From: Clostridiales bacterium
Lineage (GTDB): Bacteria > Bacillota > Clostridia > Christensenellales > CAG-314
Reading direction: 5' to 3'
DNA length: 64,000 nucleotides
NCBI GenBank assembly: GCA_022508345.1
Contig: JAFLVK010000001.1
Span: 292,371-356,370 of the forward strand
Both the position numbers and the translations under genes were made by a program. This document shows, piece by piece, positions 44,526 through 55,028 of this stretch (its first letter is position 1; each line of letters starts with the position of its first letter). The notes under the pieces were generated by a model, which was not told the origin of the DNA, ran no database searches, and saw nothing but the letters and a program-made list of their open reading frames with translations.

Positions 44526-47317
44526 TTCTTGTTCTTTTCTAATTTTCTTTGTTGACGCTTCAAGGCGTATTCTTCCTGTTTGGTCAGCGGTCTGTCGCCC
44601 TGTGCTTGCTCATTAGCAGCTGATTGCTCACCCTGCTTCTCTTGGTCTTTCGCGTAGCAACAGTTTTTGTATTTCTTTCCGCTACCGCAGGGGCAAGGTC
44701 CGTTTAACTTCTTTTCGGTGTTGATGGGTTCGTCGGGAGCAGTGTTGACCTTCAAGGTGTGAACGATACGCGCAAACGTCAGCATGCGCAAGGTTTGTAC
44801 CTTGATTTGCTCGTTGAGGTTTTCGAACATGTCGTAAGCTTCCTTTTTGTAAACGATGATGGGATCATGCTGACCTATTGCCTGCAAGCCAACGCCCTTG
44901 CGCAAATCGTCCAAAGCGTCGATGTGATCCATCCAAAGGTTGTCCAAAGTGCGCAGCAGTACGAAACGCTCCGCTTCACGGAAGGGAACCACACTGCCTG
45001 TAGGGTCCTCCGCAACTCTCTCGTCGAAGTACTCCTTTGCACGCTCGGACAGCATATCGCACACCTGGCGTGCGCTTTTTACGTTGTCCTCGGTCAATAT
45101 CGGTTGCTCAAAGGTAAAGTATTCGCCAAGCTTTTTGTTAACCTTGTCAAGGTTCCATTCGTCCACGTTTTCGTTGCTGTCGCATGCCTCGGCAAGAGCG
45201 TAGCGCGCGTAGTCGTCCACCATTGCAATGATGTCGGTGTGAACGTCCTCGTTGTCCAGTATTCTGTCACGTTCCTTGTAGATAACCTTGCGTTGCTGGT
45301 TGTTTACGTCGTCGTATTGCAGCACGTTTTTACGGCTGGAGAAATGCAAGCTTTCGATACGCTTTTGCGCCGTTTCGATAACCTTGGAGAGCACTTTGCC
45401 TTCCATTGGCGTGTCCTCGTCCACATTCATAAACATCATGGCGCGTTGCAGCATATCCTTGCCGAATACGCGCACCATGTCGTCATCTGCGGATATGAAG
45501 AACATGCTGCAGCCCGGGTCACCCTGTCTGCCTGCACGTCCGCGCAACTGATTGTCGATACGGCGTGAATCGTGCCTTTCGGTACCTATTACGCACAGTC
45601 CGCCTGCGGCAAGCACCTTTTCCTTTTCGGCGTCCGTTTCCTTTTTGAAAGCCTGAACATGGGTTTTGAAAATTTGTTGCAGCTTCTCTATTTCGGGGTC
45701 GCCCGTGACAAAGCTTGTGGAAGCCTCGATTTGTTCGTCGTCGTAGCCGTCACGTGCCATTGCTTGCTTTGCCAAAAATTCGGGGTTACCGCCCAACAAA
45801 ATATCCGTACCGCGGCCTGCCATGTTGGTGGCAATTGTTACCGCGCCGAAACGTCCTGCCTGAGCGACAATTTCCGCCTCGCGCTTGTGGTACTTGGCGT
45901 TGAGCACCTGGTGCTTGACCCCGGCAAGCTTCAGCAGCTTGCTCAGTTCTTCGCTCTTTTCCACTGTGATGGTGCCGACAAGTACAGGCTGACCTACCTT
46001 GTTGCGTTCTACAATTTCCTCCACTATTGCCTTGAGCTTGCCCTGCCTGTTGAGGTAAATGATGTCGGGCATGTCGTTCCTTATCATGGGAAGATTTGTG
46101 GGGATAACAACAACGTCAATGTTGTAAATTGTGTTAAATTCCTGTTCTTCCGTTTTGGCAGTACCTGTCATACCGCTGAGCTTGTGATACAGGCGGAAAT
46201 AGTTTTGGAAAGTAATTGTTGCAAGGGTTTTGTTTTCTTCCTTAATGGTGACGTGTTCCTTTGCTTCAATTGCCTGGTGCAGTCCCGCACTAAAACGGCG
46301 ACCTTCCATTTTACGTCCCGTGAAGGAATCGACAATGAGGATTTGCCCCTTTTCCACGATGTAGTCGTCGTCGCGGTGCATGATAGCGTGCGCTTTCAAC
46401 GCATTGTTAATGTAGTGGTTGAGCTCGGTGTTTTCGGGTGAGGACAGGTTGTCCAGCTTGAAGAACCGCTCCGCCTTGACAACACCCTTGTCGGACAGGC
46501 GCACCGATTTGTGCTTTTGGTCCACGATGTAGTCGCCGTCCGGTTCATCGTCGTTTTCCGTCTTGCCCTCTTCATCCACATTGGTGGAGTTGCGAAGTGT
46601 GCATACAAAGGTGTTTGCGGTGATGTACATATCGCTGGATTTGCCGCTGGGTCCCGAAATAATCAAGGGTGTGCGCGCTTCGTCGATAAGAATGCTGTCC
46701 ACCTCGTCGATAATGGCGAAGTTGAGCTCGCGCTGCACGCGACTTGCCCTGCTTGTTGCCATGTTGTCACGCAGGTAGTCGAAGCCGAATTCGTTGTTGG
46801 TACCGTAGGTGATGTCGCAAGCATATGCCTGGCGTTTTTCCTTGGCTGATTGCTTGTTGAGCGTAACGCCGACGGTAAGCCCCAGGAAGCGGAATATCTT
46901 GCCCATCCACTCCATATCACGGGTTGCAAGATATTCGTTGACGGTGACGATGTGTACGCCCTTGCCCGTCAAAGCGTTGAGGTAAGCCGGCAGCGTTTCG
47001 GTAAGAGTTTTACCCTCACCTGTTGCCATCTGGCATATACGCCCTTGGTGAAGAGCAATACCGCCCATTACCTGAACGTCGAAGTGGCGTTGGTTCAACA
47101 CACGCTTGCCCGCTTCACGGCACACCGCAAAGGCATCGGGAAGCAGCTCGTCCAGTGTTTCGCCGTTAGCGTACCTGTCGCGGAGAACCTGCGTCTGTTC
47201 GCGCAGCTCCTCGTCGGACATAACGGAATACTTCGGCTCTTTGTCCGAAACCAGCTTGGCTATTTTACTTAGTTTCTTAACTTGGCGAGCATTTGCTCTA
47301 CCGTAGTTTTCTTTCAT
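44522..47317 (-). CDS. secA: Preprotein translocase ATPase SecA
   Basis: 931 aa. MATGEGKTL Walker A, DEVDSILIDEARTPLIISG, and C-terminal zinc motif CPCGSGKKYKNCC. Confidence 0.97.
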   Translation of the reverse strand: MKENYGRANARQVKKLSKIAKLVSDKEPKYSVMSDEELREQTQVLRDRYANGETLDELLPDAFAVCREAGKRVLNQRHFDVQVMGGIALHQGRICQMATGEGKTLTETLPAYLNALTGKGVHIVTVNEYLATRDMEWMGKIFRFLGLTVGVTLNKQSAKEKRQAYACDITYGTNNEFGFDYLRDNMATSRASRVQRELNFAIIDEVDSILIDEARTPLIISGPSGKSSDMYITANTFVCTLRNSTNVDEEGKTENDDEPDGDYIVDQKHKSVRLSDKGVVKAERFFKLDNLSSPENTELNHYINNALKAHAIMHRDDDYIVEKGQILIVDSFTGRKMEGRRFSAGLHQAIEAKEHVTIKEENKTLATITFQNYFRLYHKLSGMTGTAKTEEQEFNTIYNIDVVVIPTNLPMIRNDMPDIIYLNRQGKLKAIVEEIVERNKVGQPVLVGTITVEKSEELSKLLKLAGVKHQVLNAKYHKREAEIVAQAGRFGAVTIATNMAGRGTDILLGGNPEFLAKQAMARDGYDDEQIEASTSFVTGDPEIEKLQQIFKTHVQAFKKETDAEKEKVLAAGGLCVIGTERHDSRRIDNQLRGRAGRQGDPGCSMFFISADDDMVRVFGKDMLQRAMMFMNVDEDTPMEGKVLSKVIETAQKRIESLHFSSRKNVLQYDDVNNQQRKVIYKERDRILDNEDVHTDIIAMVDDYARYALAEACDSNENVDEWNLDKVNKKLGEYFTFEQPILTEDNVKSARQVCDMLSERAKEYFDERVAEDPTGSVVPFREAERFVLLRTLDNLWMDHIDALDDLRKGVGLQAIGQHDPIIVYKKEAYDMFENLNEQIKVQTLRMLTFARIVHTLKVNTAPDEPINTEKKLNGPCPCGSGKKYKNCCYAKDQEKQGEQSAANEQAQGDRPLTKQEEYALKRQQRKLEKNKK

Positions 47318-47332
47318 AGTTCACCCGTTAAT

Positions 47333-49657
47333 TTAAATTTCTTCGTCAAAATTTGGTTCGTCTGTTTCGTCATTTGCACAATTTTGCGCCCCATTTCCGA
47401 AAAACCGCTGATACTTGGCGTTTTCCTCCTGCAAAAATCTGCACAGGTTGGTAGTGCGCGCTGCAATGTAGTTGTTGTGCACCATGAGTGCAAGTATCTT
47501 TTTGCTACCCACAAGCACCACCGCGGTTTTGGCGCGCGTGATAGCTGTGTACAGTAGATTTTTGTTGATTATCGTCGGCGGTCCGTTTACAAGGGGCACA
47601 ACCACCACCTCGAACTCGCTGCCTTGACTTTTGTGTATCGTAATTGCGTACGCCAGCTGCAAATCGGACAATTCCTGCTCGGTGTAGTTTGCCAGGCGGT
47701 TGTCGTCGAACAGCACCTCCATGATACCGTTTGCGCGGTCAATGCGCCTAACCACGCCAATGTCGCCGTTGAATACACCCCGTCCGTCCACAAGAGTGCC
47801 GTCCGCGTAAAAGCGGGTAAAGGGCAATTCGTAGTTGTTTACCGTCTGCATTACCCTGTCGCCCTCGCGTATTATGGTTTTGCCCACGACGTATTCGCTT
47901 TTGCCAAACACGCGCGGATTCAATGCCTGTTGAAGTCGGTTGTTGAGATTTTCCACCCCTGCAACGCCGCTTTTTAGCGCCCCAAGTACCTGAATCTCCG
48001 AACAGGGCAAGCCCGTAAACTTAGGAAGCCTGGTTGTGACCAATTCCACAACCGTATCTGACACCTGTTGGAAATCGGTGTAGTTCATCACAAAGAAATC
48101 CTTGCTTTGATTGTTGATTTCCGGCATGTGCCCCTTGTTTATCAGGTGGGCGTTGCTTACAATCAAGCTGTCTTCCGACTGACGGTAGATGTGCGTGAGA
48201 TACCGTATTTCGATAACGCCGCTGCGAATGATGTCCGCAAGCACGTTTCCTGCGCCAACGCTGGGCAACTGATCCTTGTCGCCCACAAGCACCAACCGTG
48301 TGCCGTCCTCAAGCGCAGCAAGCAAGCTGAACATGACGGAAACGTCCACCATCGACAGCTCGTCCACGATAACTACGTCGCAGGGCAGCTTGTTGTTGCG
48401 GTTGTATTTAAACGCCATTTTGTCGCCGTGAAGCTCGTAGCCGAGAAGTCGGTGAATGGTCTTGGCATCCGCCCCGGTGGATTGCGACAGACGTTTAGCC
48501 GCTCTACCGGTGGGCGCGCAAAATTCCAACCTCAGACCGTGCGAACCGAGAATTTCCGCAATGCACTTGATTATGGTGGTTTTGCCCGTACCGGGTCCGC
48601 CTGTGATGACGGTAACGCCGTTAATCAGTGCCGACTTCACTGCACCCAGCTGGCTTGCGTGAAATTTAATTTTGTTGACCGTTTCGAAGTGAGATATTTG
48701 GCTGTCCGCGTCAATCATTATGCGGCGCGCGTCGTGGTTTAGCATGATTAGCCGCATGGCAATTGCCTTTTCCAGCCTGTAGTACTTGATTAGCGAAATG
48801 CAGCGCTGCCCTTCCACTTCGAACACGGTGACGGTGGGCTCAAGTACAAGCTTGGTAACTGTGTCCTCAACAAGCTGACCGTGTTCTGTCAGGTCAATGC
48901 CCAGTAGCGTTGAACACGCCGTCATCAGCTCGTCGAACACAAGGTAGGTGTTGCCCTGTTTTTCCGCTGCCTCTTTCAGTTCATATACAATTGCCGCCCG
49001 CACACGAAAATCGCTCACAGGTTCAATTCCCATGCTTTGTGCAATCTTGTCCGCGGTTAAAAAACCTACCCCGTCTACGTCGTCGATAAGACGGTAGGGG
49101 TTGGCAAGCACAAGGCTTTTTGTTTCCGACTTGTATATGTTGTAAATCTTGACGGACAAATTAACCGATATACCGTAGCTTTGCAAAAACATAATCTGTT
49201 CCTGCATTATCTTCAAGGAAGCCACGGCGTTGGCGATATCCATTGCCTTTTTCTTGGATATGCCCTTTACCTTGGAAAGCAACATGGGGTTGTTTTCTAT
49301 CACGCCAAAGGTGTCGTCGCCAAACATTGCGTAGATGTTGTTTGCCGTCACCTCGCCCACACCCTTGATAAGTCCGCTGCTGAGGTACTTGACAATACCC
49401 GCCTTGGACGTGGGGTCACACACGGTGTAGCTTTCCACTGTCAACTGCTCGCCGTAACGGTTGTGCATCGTTGCCTTGCCTGTAACGCTAAGCACTGCGC
49501 CAACAGAAAGCGTGGCAAAACTACCCACACAGGTGATGGTATCACCGTCGGTTGTTTCGAGGCTAAGTACGGTGTAGCCGTTTTCCTCATTTCGAAATAT
49601 TATCCCGCTAACGGTGCCTTTTGCTGTAATTTCTTCGTTCATCTTAGATAAAGCCAC
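47333..49657 (-). CDS. recD2: RecD2-type SF1 helicase (RecD/TraA family)
   Basis: ITGGPGTGKTT Walker A, VIVDELSMV, C-terminal AITIHKSQGSEF. The exact start is uncertain (GTG 49657 or ATG 49642). Confidence 0.88.
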   Translation of the reverse strand: MALSKMNEEITAKGTVSGIIFRNEENGYTVLSLETTDGDTITCVGSFATLSVGAVLSVTGKATMHNRYGEQLTVESYTVCDPTSKAGIVKYLSSGLIKGVGEVTANNIYAMFGDDTFGVIENNPMLLSKVKGISKKKAMDIANAVASLKIMQEQIMFLQSYGISVNLSVKIYNIYKSETKSLVLANPYRLIDDVDGVGFLTADKIAQSMGIEPVSDFRVRAAIVYELKEAAEKQGNTYLVFDELMTACSTLLGIDLTEHGQLVEDTVTKLVLEPTVTVFEVEGQRCISLIKYYRLEKAIAMRLIMLNHDARRIMIDADSQISHFETVNKIKFHASQLGAVKSALINGVTVITGGPGTGKTTIIKCIAEILGSHGLRLEFCAPTGRAAKRLSQSTGADAKTIHRLLGYELHGDKMAFKYNRNNKLPCDVVIVDELSMVDVSVMFSLLAALEDGTRLVLVGDKDQLPSVGAGNVLADIIRSGVIEIRYLTHIYRQSEDSLIVSNAHLINKGHMPEINNQSKDFFVMNYTDFQQVSDTVVELVTTRLPKFTGLPCSEIQVLGALKSGVAGVENLNNRLQQALNPRVFGKSEYVVGKTIIREGDRVMQTVNNYELPFTRFYADGTLVDGRGVFNGDIGVVRRIDRANGIMEVLFDDNRLANYTEQELSDLQLAYAITIHKSQGSEFEVVVVPLVNGPPTIINKNLLYTAITRAKTAVVLVGSKKILALMVHNNYIAARTTNLCRFLQEENAKYQRFFGNGAQNCANDETDEPNFDEEI

Positions 49658-49671
49658 ACAGGGGCTGTCAG

Positions 49672-50856
49672 TTACCGAGCGTACTTTTTAAGGTCGTCTA
49701 CCTTGTCCAGCTGCTCCCAGGCAAATTCGTTCCTGCCAAAGTGACCGTAGCTTGCCGTTGCCTTGTATATGGGCTCCTGCATGTGGAATTTGGTGATGAT
49801 TGCGCGTGGACGGAGGTCGAACTCCTCGCCGATAATTTCAGATAATGAGGCGTCGCTCACCTTGCCCGTGCCGTAGGTGTTCACGTCGATAGATACGGGC
49901 TTGCTACGTCCGATTGCGTAGCTGACCTGCAGCTGAATTTTGTCCGCTAAGCCTGCGGCAACAATATTTTTGCAAATGTAGCGCGCCATATATGCTGCCG
50001 AACGGTCCACCTTGGTTGCATCCTTTCCGGAGAATGCTCCACCGCCGTGCGCGCAGTAGCCGCCGTAGGTGTCAACGATAATTTTACGCCCAGTAAGTCC
50101 GCTGTCCGCAGCAGGGCCGCCAATTTCAAAACGTCCCGTGGGGTTGATGTAATATTTGGTCTGCTCGTCCAGTAGATTGAGGGGCACCACCGCGCGTATA
50201 ACGTGGTTTATCATGTCGTGAGCGATTGTGGCACTGTCTACATTTGCGCCGTGCTGTGTGGACAGCACGATTGTATCCACGCGACATGGGTGGTCCTTTT
50301 CGTCGTATTCCACCGTTACCTGACACTTGCCGTCGGGGCGGAGGTAGTCCACAATGCCCTCCTTGCGAACCTGAGCAAGGCGTTGACTTATCTTTTGCGC
50401 AAGGGTAATAGCCATGGGCATATATTCCGGCGTTTCGTTGCAAGCGTAGCCAAACATCATGCCTTGGTCGCCTGCGCCGTACATGTCGAGAATTTCTCCA
50501 CGGTCGCGATATTCACCCGAGCGGTCCACACCGAGAGCAATGTCGGGGGACTGCTTGTCCAGCGAAATGATAACCCCGCAGCTGTCGGCATCAAAGCCGT
50601 ACTTTGCGCGGGTGTAGCCGATTTCGCGTACGGTGTCGCGCACAATCTTGGGGTAATCTACTACCGCCGTGGTAGAAATTTGCCCCATTACAAATACCGT
50701 ACCCGTGCATACAACCGTTTCACACGCAACGCGTGCGTCGGGGTCCTTGGCTAGTATTGCGTCCAGTATCGCATCGGATATCTGGTCGCACATCTTGTCG
50801 GGATGCCCTTCCGTTACGCTTTCCGAAGTAAAAAATCTGTGCTTTTTGTTCTTCAT
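49672..50856 (-). CDS. metK: S-adenosylmethionine synthase
   Basis: [34 protein letters not shown]. Start at ATG 50856 follows AAGGAGA. Confidence 0.95.
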   Translation of the reverse strand: MKNKKHRFFTSESVTEGHPDKMCDQISDAILDAILAKDPDARVACETVVCTGTVFVMGQISTTAVVDYPKIVRDTVREIGYTRAKYGFDADSCGVIISLDKQSPDIALGVDRSGEYRDRGEILDMYGAGDQGMMFGYACNETPEYMPMAITLAQKISQRLAQVRKEGIVDYLRPDGKCQVTVEYDEKDHPCRVDTIVLSTQHGANVDSATIAHDMINHVIRAVVPLNLLDEQTKYYINPTGRFEIGGPAADSGLTGRKIIVDTYGGYCAHGGGAFSGKDATKVDRSAAYMARYICKNIVAAGLADKIQLQVSYAIGRSKPVSIDVNTYGTGKVSDASLSEIIGEEFDLRPRAIITKFHMQEPIYKATASYGHFGRNEFAWEQLDKVDDLKKYAR

Positions 50857-50941
50857 ATGTTCTCCTTTCACCTCGCCGGTGAGGCAACTAATTTTGTAGG
50901 CGATGTTAACAGTGATTATATCCTGTTGGGGGTTTTGACAC

Positions 50942-51105
50942 AATAAAAGCGTCCTGCCCTATGACAAGACGCAAAATCTTCCTTTCGCAGTCCCATCTGT
51001 CGGCGCTCGCCGTGCAGGCGATTGCCGCGGAATTTAGCACCTAATAAAAGATTTTTAGGTTGCTGTGGCGTCATCAAGTCCGTCTCTCGACCACTCTCGA
51101 TAGGG
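50942..51105 (-). promoter_or_regulatory. SAM-I (S-box) riboswitch with terminator
   Basis: The minus strand reads UAUCGAGAGUGGUCGAGAGACGGACUUGAUGACGCCACAGCAACC ... AGGUGCUAAAUUCC ... CAGAUGGGA. This is followed by the hairpin GCGUCUUGUC/GGCAGGACGC plus UUUUAUU. Confidence 0.88.
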
Positions 51106-51114
51106 TTACGGCTA

Positions 51115-51142
51115 TTGTAACACCGCGCGATACATTTGTCAA
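51115..51142 (-). promoter_or_regulatory. Promoter upstream of the S-box leader
   Basis: TTGACA, 17-nt spacer, TACAAT on the minus strand. Confidence 0.65.
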
Positions 51143-51170
51143 TGATATATAAATAATTGAGTAAATATAT

Positions 51171-51203
51171 AAAAAAGAAAGCGCTGCCGATAGCAGCGCT
51201 TTC
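51171..51203 (-). terminator. Terminator after araA
   Basis: gaaagcgctgc-N5-gcagcgctttc with a U-run on the minus strand. Confidence 0.8.
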
Positions 51204-51234
51204 TATTACAGCATTTAAGCTTGCTGACTGTACA

Positions 51235-52632
51235 CTACCCAATAAGTGTCAGCGACGTTGACGTCAACTTTGCAAACAGAGCCACGTCCTCCTCGGTAAG
51301 CGCGGTAGTAACAACCGAATGGTGTCCTGCACCGCTTTCAAGCCACGCTTTAACTCCGCTTTTGAAATTGGGCTTTATCTTCCACATAACGCGAGCTACT
51401 GGTAAACGCGGCATAGGTTTGGGTTGCTTTACCAGTTCGATTTGCGCCGATACCAAGCGGAAATCGCACCCCTCGTCTAACATGCTTACTTGCAAGCCGT
51501 TACCCGTTACTCCGTCAAATACCAATCGCGCGGGATCGCTCTTGCCGCCTATGCCTAACGGATGAACTTCGATTTTGGGTTTTGTTGCGGCGAAAGATGG
51601 AGACACCTCCAACATATGTGAACCCAGCACCACTTCCTGACCTTCACTTAAATCGTAGGTGTAGTCCTCCATGAAGCCGGTGGAGCCCTTTACGCCCTCG
51701 GACATTTTCATAAACACAGCTGAAAGTGCAGCCGTTTTGTAATCGCCCTCAGCGGCAAATCCAATTCCGTCACCCATAAGGTTTTGTACGGCAAGCCCGG
51801 GTAATTGATTCAGTCCGCGCAAATCCTGGAACGTATCGCAAAATGCGTTAGCGCCCGTAGCGGACAAAAACTTTCTCAACGCCACTTCGTACCTAGCCTG
51901 TTCCTTGACGGCTTCTACATTGTCTGTTGCAATGTCGTACTTTTGTGCGTACTCTGCCATTTTGTCCGATACTTCCTTGTCCGTTACCTGCGATACAAGT
52001 TCAACCAAATCTCCTATGCCGTAGTAGTTAACTTCCCAGCCGTATTTGATTTGACTTTCAACACGGTCACCGTCGGTAACGGCAACCTCCCTCATGTTGC
52101 TGCCGAACATTGCAACCTTTAGTGAGCGGGAATAATCTATCGCCTTGGCTACACGACAAAAACGCGCGATTGCTTCGATTGTCTGCTTGTGCTTGTAGTA
52201 ACCGACAACTATATCGTGAGCAATATTCAGCCTTTTCAGAATAAAGCCGAATTCCCTGTCGCCATGCGCAGATTGGTTGATGTTCATGTAATCCATGTCG
52301 ATTGCGTCATATGGAATTTTTTCGTTGTATTGCGTGTGCAGGTGCAACAAAGGTTTTGTAAGCCGTTGCAAACCCTTGATCCACATTTTTGCGGGAGAAA
52401 AGGTGCGCATCCAGGCAATAACGCCAACGCAGTTACTGTCGACGGAAGCACGTTGACAAACGTCGATAATTGCCTCGCTGTTAATGGCGGGGGCAACGTA
52501 CTTCAGCTTTATTGTATCCTTCAGTTTATTTTGCAAAAAAGCAACGATTTCCTTACTGTCGGAGGCAACCCTTGTAAGCACCTCCTCACCGTATAAATCT
52601 TGACTGCCTGTGATAAAGTAAATAGTTTTCAC
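51235..52632 (-). CDS. araA: L-arabinose isomerase
   Basis: KTIYFITGSQDLYGEEVL N-terminus. Start assigned to the GTG overlapping the araD stop (GTGA), preceded by AAGGAGAAG. The longer track ORF would overlap araD by 180 nt. Confidence 0.9.
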   Translation of the reverse strand: MKTIYFITGSQDLYGEEVLTRVASDSKEIVAFLQNKLKDTIKLKYVAPAINSEAIIDVCQRASVDSNCVGVIAWMRTFSPAKMWIKGLQRLTKPLLHLHTQYNEKIPYDAIDMDYMNINQSAHGDREFGFILKRLNIAHDIVVGYYKHKQTIEAIARFCRVAKAIDYSRSLKVAMFGSNMREVAVTDGDRVESQIKYGWEVNYYGIGDLVELVSQVTDKEVSDKMAEYAQKYDIATDNVEAVKEQARYEVALRKFLSATGANAFCDTFQDLRGLNQLPGLAVQNLMGDGIGFAAEGDYKTAALSAVFMKMSEGVKGSTGFMEDYTYDLSEGQEVVLGSHMLEVSPSFAATKPKIEVHPLGIGGKSDPARLVFDGVTGNGLQVSMLDEGCDFRLVSAQIELVKQPKPMPRLPVARVMWKIKPNFKSGVKAWLESGAGHHSVVTTALTEEDVALFAKLTSTSLTLIG

Positions 52633-53327
52633 TTGTCTTCTCCTTGTCCGTAAGTAGCGTTTTTGCCGTGCTTGCGCAGATAGTGCCTGTCCAGTAGATA
52701 TTGACTGACCGGTGACAAATCGGGATTGATACCGCGCGACAAATACGCCATTTTGGCGCATTGCTCCACTACGGTAGCGTTGTAAACTGCCTTGTGCGCG
52801 TTGACTCCCCAAGCAAAAACGCCATGCTTGTCCACCAAAGCGGCGGGGATTGCATTGTAATCCAGCTTGGCAAAAGTTTTCACGATAACCTTGCCTGTGT
52901 TACGCTCGTACTCGCCGTCTACCTCTTTCTTAGTCAAAGCGCGAGCGCAGGGAATGGCTCCGTAAAAGTAATCTGCATGCGTAGTGCCGTAGGGCTCTAT
53001 TGGCTTGCCCGCTTGCGCGTAAGCCGTCGCAAAAGTACTATGAGTATGCACTACCGCCCCTATTTTGTCAAACGATTTGTACAGTTCAATGTGGGTGTAC
53101 AAATCGACGGACGGCTTTCTGTTGCCCTCGACAACTTCACCGTCCAAATTGACTACAACCATGTCCTCTTCCGTCATGACGTCGTAGTCCATTCCGCTAG
53201 GCTTGATTACAATCAATCCGCTAGCCCTGTCTATTGCCGACACGTTTCCCCACGTAAAAATTACAAGTCCGTTTGTAACTAATTCTCTGTTGGCGCGCAA
53301 CACGTCGCGTTTCAGTTGTTCAAGCAT
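52629..53327 (-). CDS. araD: L-ribulose-5-phosphate 4-epimerase
   Basis: 232 aa class II aldolase fold. GNVSAIDR ... VVHTHSTFAT. Confidence 0.9.
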   Translation of the reverse strand: MLEQLKRDVLRANRELVTNGLVIFTWGNVSAIDRASGLIVIKPSGMDYDVMTEEDMVVVNLDGEVVEGNRKPSVDLYTHIELYKSFDKIGAVVHTHSTFATAYAQAGKPIEPYGTTHADYFYGAIPCARALTKKEVDGEYERNTGKVIVKTFAKLDYNAIPAALVDKHGVFAWGVNAHKAVYNATVVEQCAKMAYLSRGINPDLSPVSQYLLDRHYLRKHGKNATYGQGEDK

Positions 53328-54919
53328 TATCTGAGCCTCCTTACAGCTTCCCTTTCAACCTCCAAACAGTCGAGAAACCGTTGATAATAGCGGTCAAAAC
53401 CCGTCATTCCGTCGGAAGAGGGATTGCAGCAATCTCCCTTTTGTTGGCAAAATACCTTGTCGTCAAGATATTTGTCAAAAGGTAAATTGTCCTTTTCAAA
53501 CATATACGCCGCAAGCAGCGCCATGCCCCATGCTCCGCCTTCACCGGCCGTGTCGCGCACGACTATCGGCGTTTTCAACGCGTCGGACAAAAATTGCTGA
53601 GCCACGTTTTTCACCTTGAACAAACCGCCCTGCGCCACTATCTTGTCAATCTTGACGTTTTCTTCCTTGTACAAAATATCCAAGCCGTATCTCAGCACGC
53701 AAAAAGCGGAGTACAGGTTTGTTTTTACAAGGTTGGCAAGAGTAAGCTTGCTCTTGGGTCCGCGCACCAAAATGGGTCGCCCTTCCGTCAATTCCACAAT
53801 GTGTTCGCCCGAATAAAAGTTGTACGACACCATTTCGGAACAGTCGCCGTCGCCCTTTAGCGCCTCGGTAAACAGCAGGTTAAACAATTGGCTCCTGCTT
53901 AAGTTCAGCCCGAGGGAGGTTGCAAACTGTTCGAACACGTCCACCCAAGCGTTAATGTCGCTTGTGCAGTTGTTGCAGTGGACCATTGCCACTTGGTTGC
54001 CGACGGGCGTAGTAACCACGTCGATTTCACGGTAATATTTTCTCAGCGGTTTGTCAAGCGTTAGCATTGCAAAAATCGACGTCCCGGCAGAAATATTGCC
54101 TGTCTTGGGCTTTACGCTGTTGGTTGCGGTCATGCCCGTTTGTGCGTCTCCTTCGGGCGGGCAGAACGGTGCTCCCTGTTGCAGATTACCCGATACGTCC
54201 AGCAGCTTTGCTCCCTCTGCCGTGAGATAGCCGGCATTTTCACCCGCAGGTAGTATCTCGGGCAGAATGTCGCTAAGCTTCCACGGCATTTTCGCAACCG
54301 ACGCAATGCTTTCAAAACGCTTCACCATTTCAGTGTTATATGTTTTCCCGTCGCTGTCAAGCGGAATGATGCCCGAAGCCTCGCCTACACCCACCGCTTT
54401 TCGACCGGTTAATTGCCAATGAACGTAGCCTGCCAGCGTAGTGAGATAACGTATGCTTTTGATGTGAGGCTCGTTGTTTAGCACCGCCTGATACAAATGC
54501 GCGATACTCCACCTTTGCGGAATGTTGAACTTGAACAATTCCGAAAGCTGGGCGGAGGCGACTGCAGTTGTAGAATTGCGCCAGGTTCTAAACGGAACAA
54601 GTAAATTACCCTTGTTGTCAAATGGCATGTAACCGTGCATCATTGCGGAAATGCCTATTGCCTTGAGCTTTGTTATCTTTACGCCGTAACGCTCGTGCAC
54701 GTCCTCGCACAGTTTTGCGTAGCTGTCCTGTAGTCCGCGCCAAATAGCATCCAGCGAATACGTCCAATAGCCGTCGATAAGTTTGTTTTCCCACTCGTGC
54801 GACCCCGACGCCAGTACGCTTTTGTCGCTGCCAATCAACACCGCCTTGATGCGCGTGGAGCCGAACTCGACGCCCAACACGGCGTTGCCGTTTAATATGT
54901 AATCTGCAAGTTGTTTCAT
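53327..54919 (-). CDS. araB: FGGY-family ribulokinase
   Basis: 530 aa. LGVEFGSTRIKAV N-terminus and C-terminal AQGGLFK. 1-nt overlap with araD. Confidence 0.8.
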   Translation of the reverse strand: MKQLADYILNGNAVLGVEFGSTRIKAVLIGSDKSVLASGSHEWENKLIDGYWTYSLDAIWRGLQDSYAKLCEDVHERYGVKITKLKAIGISAMMHGYMPFDNKGNLLVPFRTWRNSTTAVASAQLSELFKFNIPQRWSIAHLYQAVLNNEPHIKSIRYLTTLAGYVHWQLTGRKAVGVGEASGIIPLDSDGKTYNTEMVKRFESIASVAKMPWKLSDILPEILPAGENAGYLTAEGAKLLDVSGNLQQGAPFCPPEGDAQTGMTATNSVKPKTGNISAGTSIFAMLTLDKPLRKYYREIDVVTTPVGNQVAMVHCNNCTSDINAWVDVFEQFATSLGLNLSRSQLFNLLFTEALKGDGDCSEMVSYNFYSGEHIVELTEGRPILVRGPKSKLTLANLVKTNLYSAFCVLRYGLDILYKEENVKIDKIVAQGGLFKVKNVAQQFLSDALKTPIVVRDTAGEGGAWGMALLAAYMFEKDNLPFDKYLDDKVFCQQKGDCCNPSSDGMTGFDRYYQRFLDCLEVEREAVRRLR

Positions 54920-55028
54920 TATTTCACCCCGTTAAACGCTTTAGCAAACGGCCTCTTATTTAACACGCAGGCTAATAAAAGTAGCCTGCGTGTATGACTA
55001 TACCATAAACTGCTTATTTTGTCGATTC

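Noticed and set aside
52633-52812. N-terminal extensions of track ORFs: araA to 52812, metK to 50943, MscS from 25816, ApbE to 25973, the GPH symporter to 61342 and GH13 to 35886.
   Set aside because: The extensions overlap neighbouring genes or riboswitch and promoter elements and lack homology-like sequence. For araA, metK, MscS, the GPH symporter and GH13, an internal start preceded by a good Shine-Dalgarno sequence matches the conserved N-terminus. For ApbE the internal start is chosen for its lipoprotein signal peptide only, as no Shine-Dalgarno is visible, so it is less certain.
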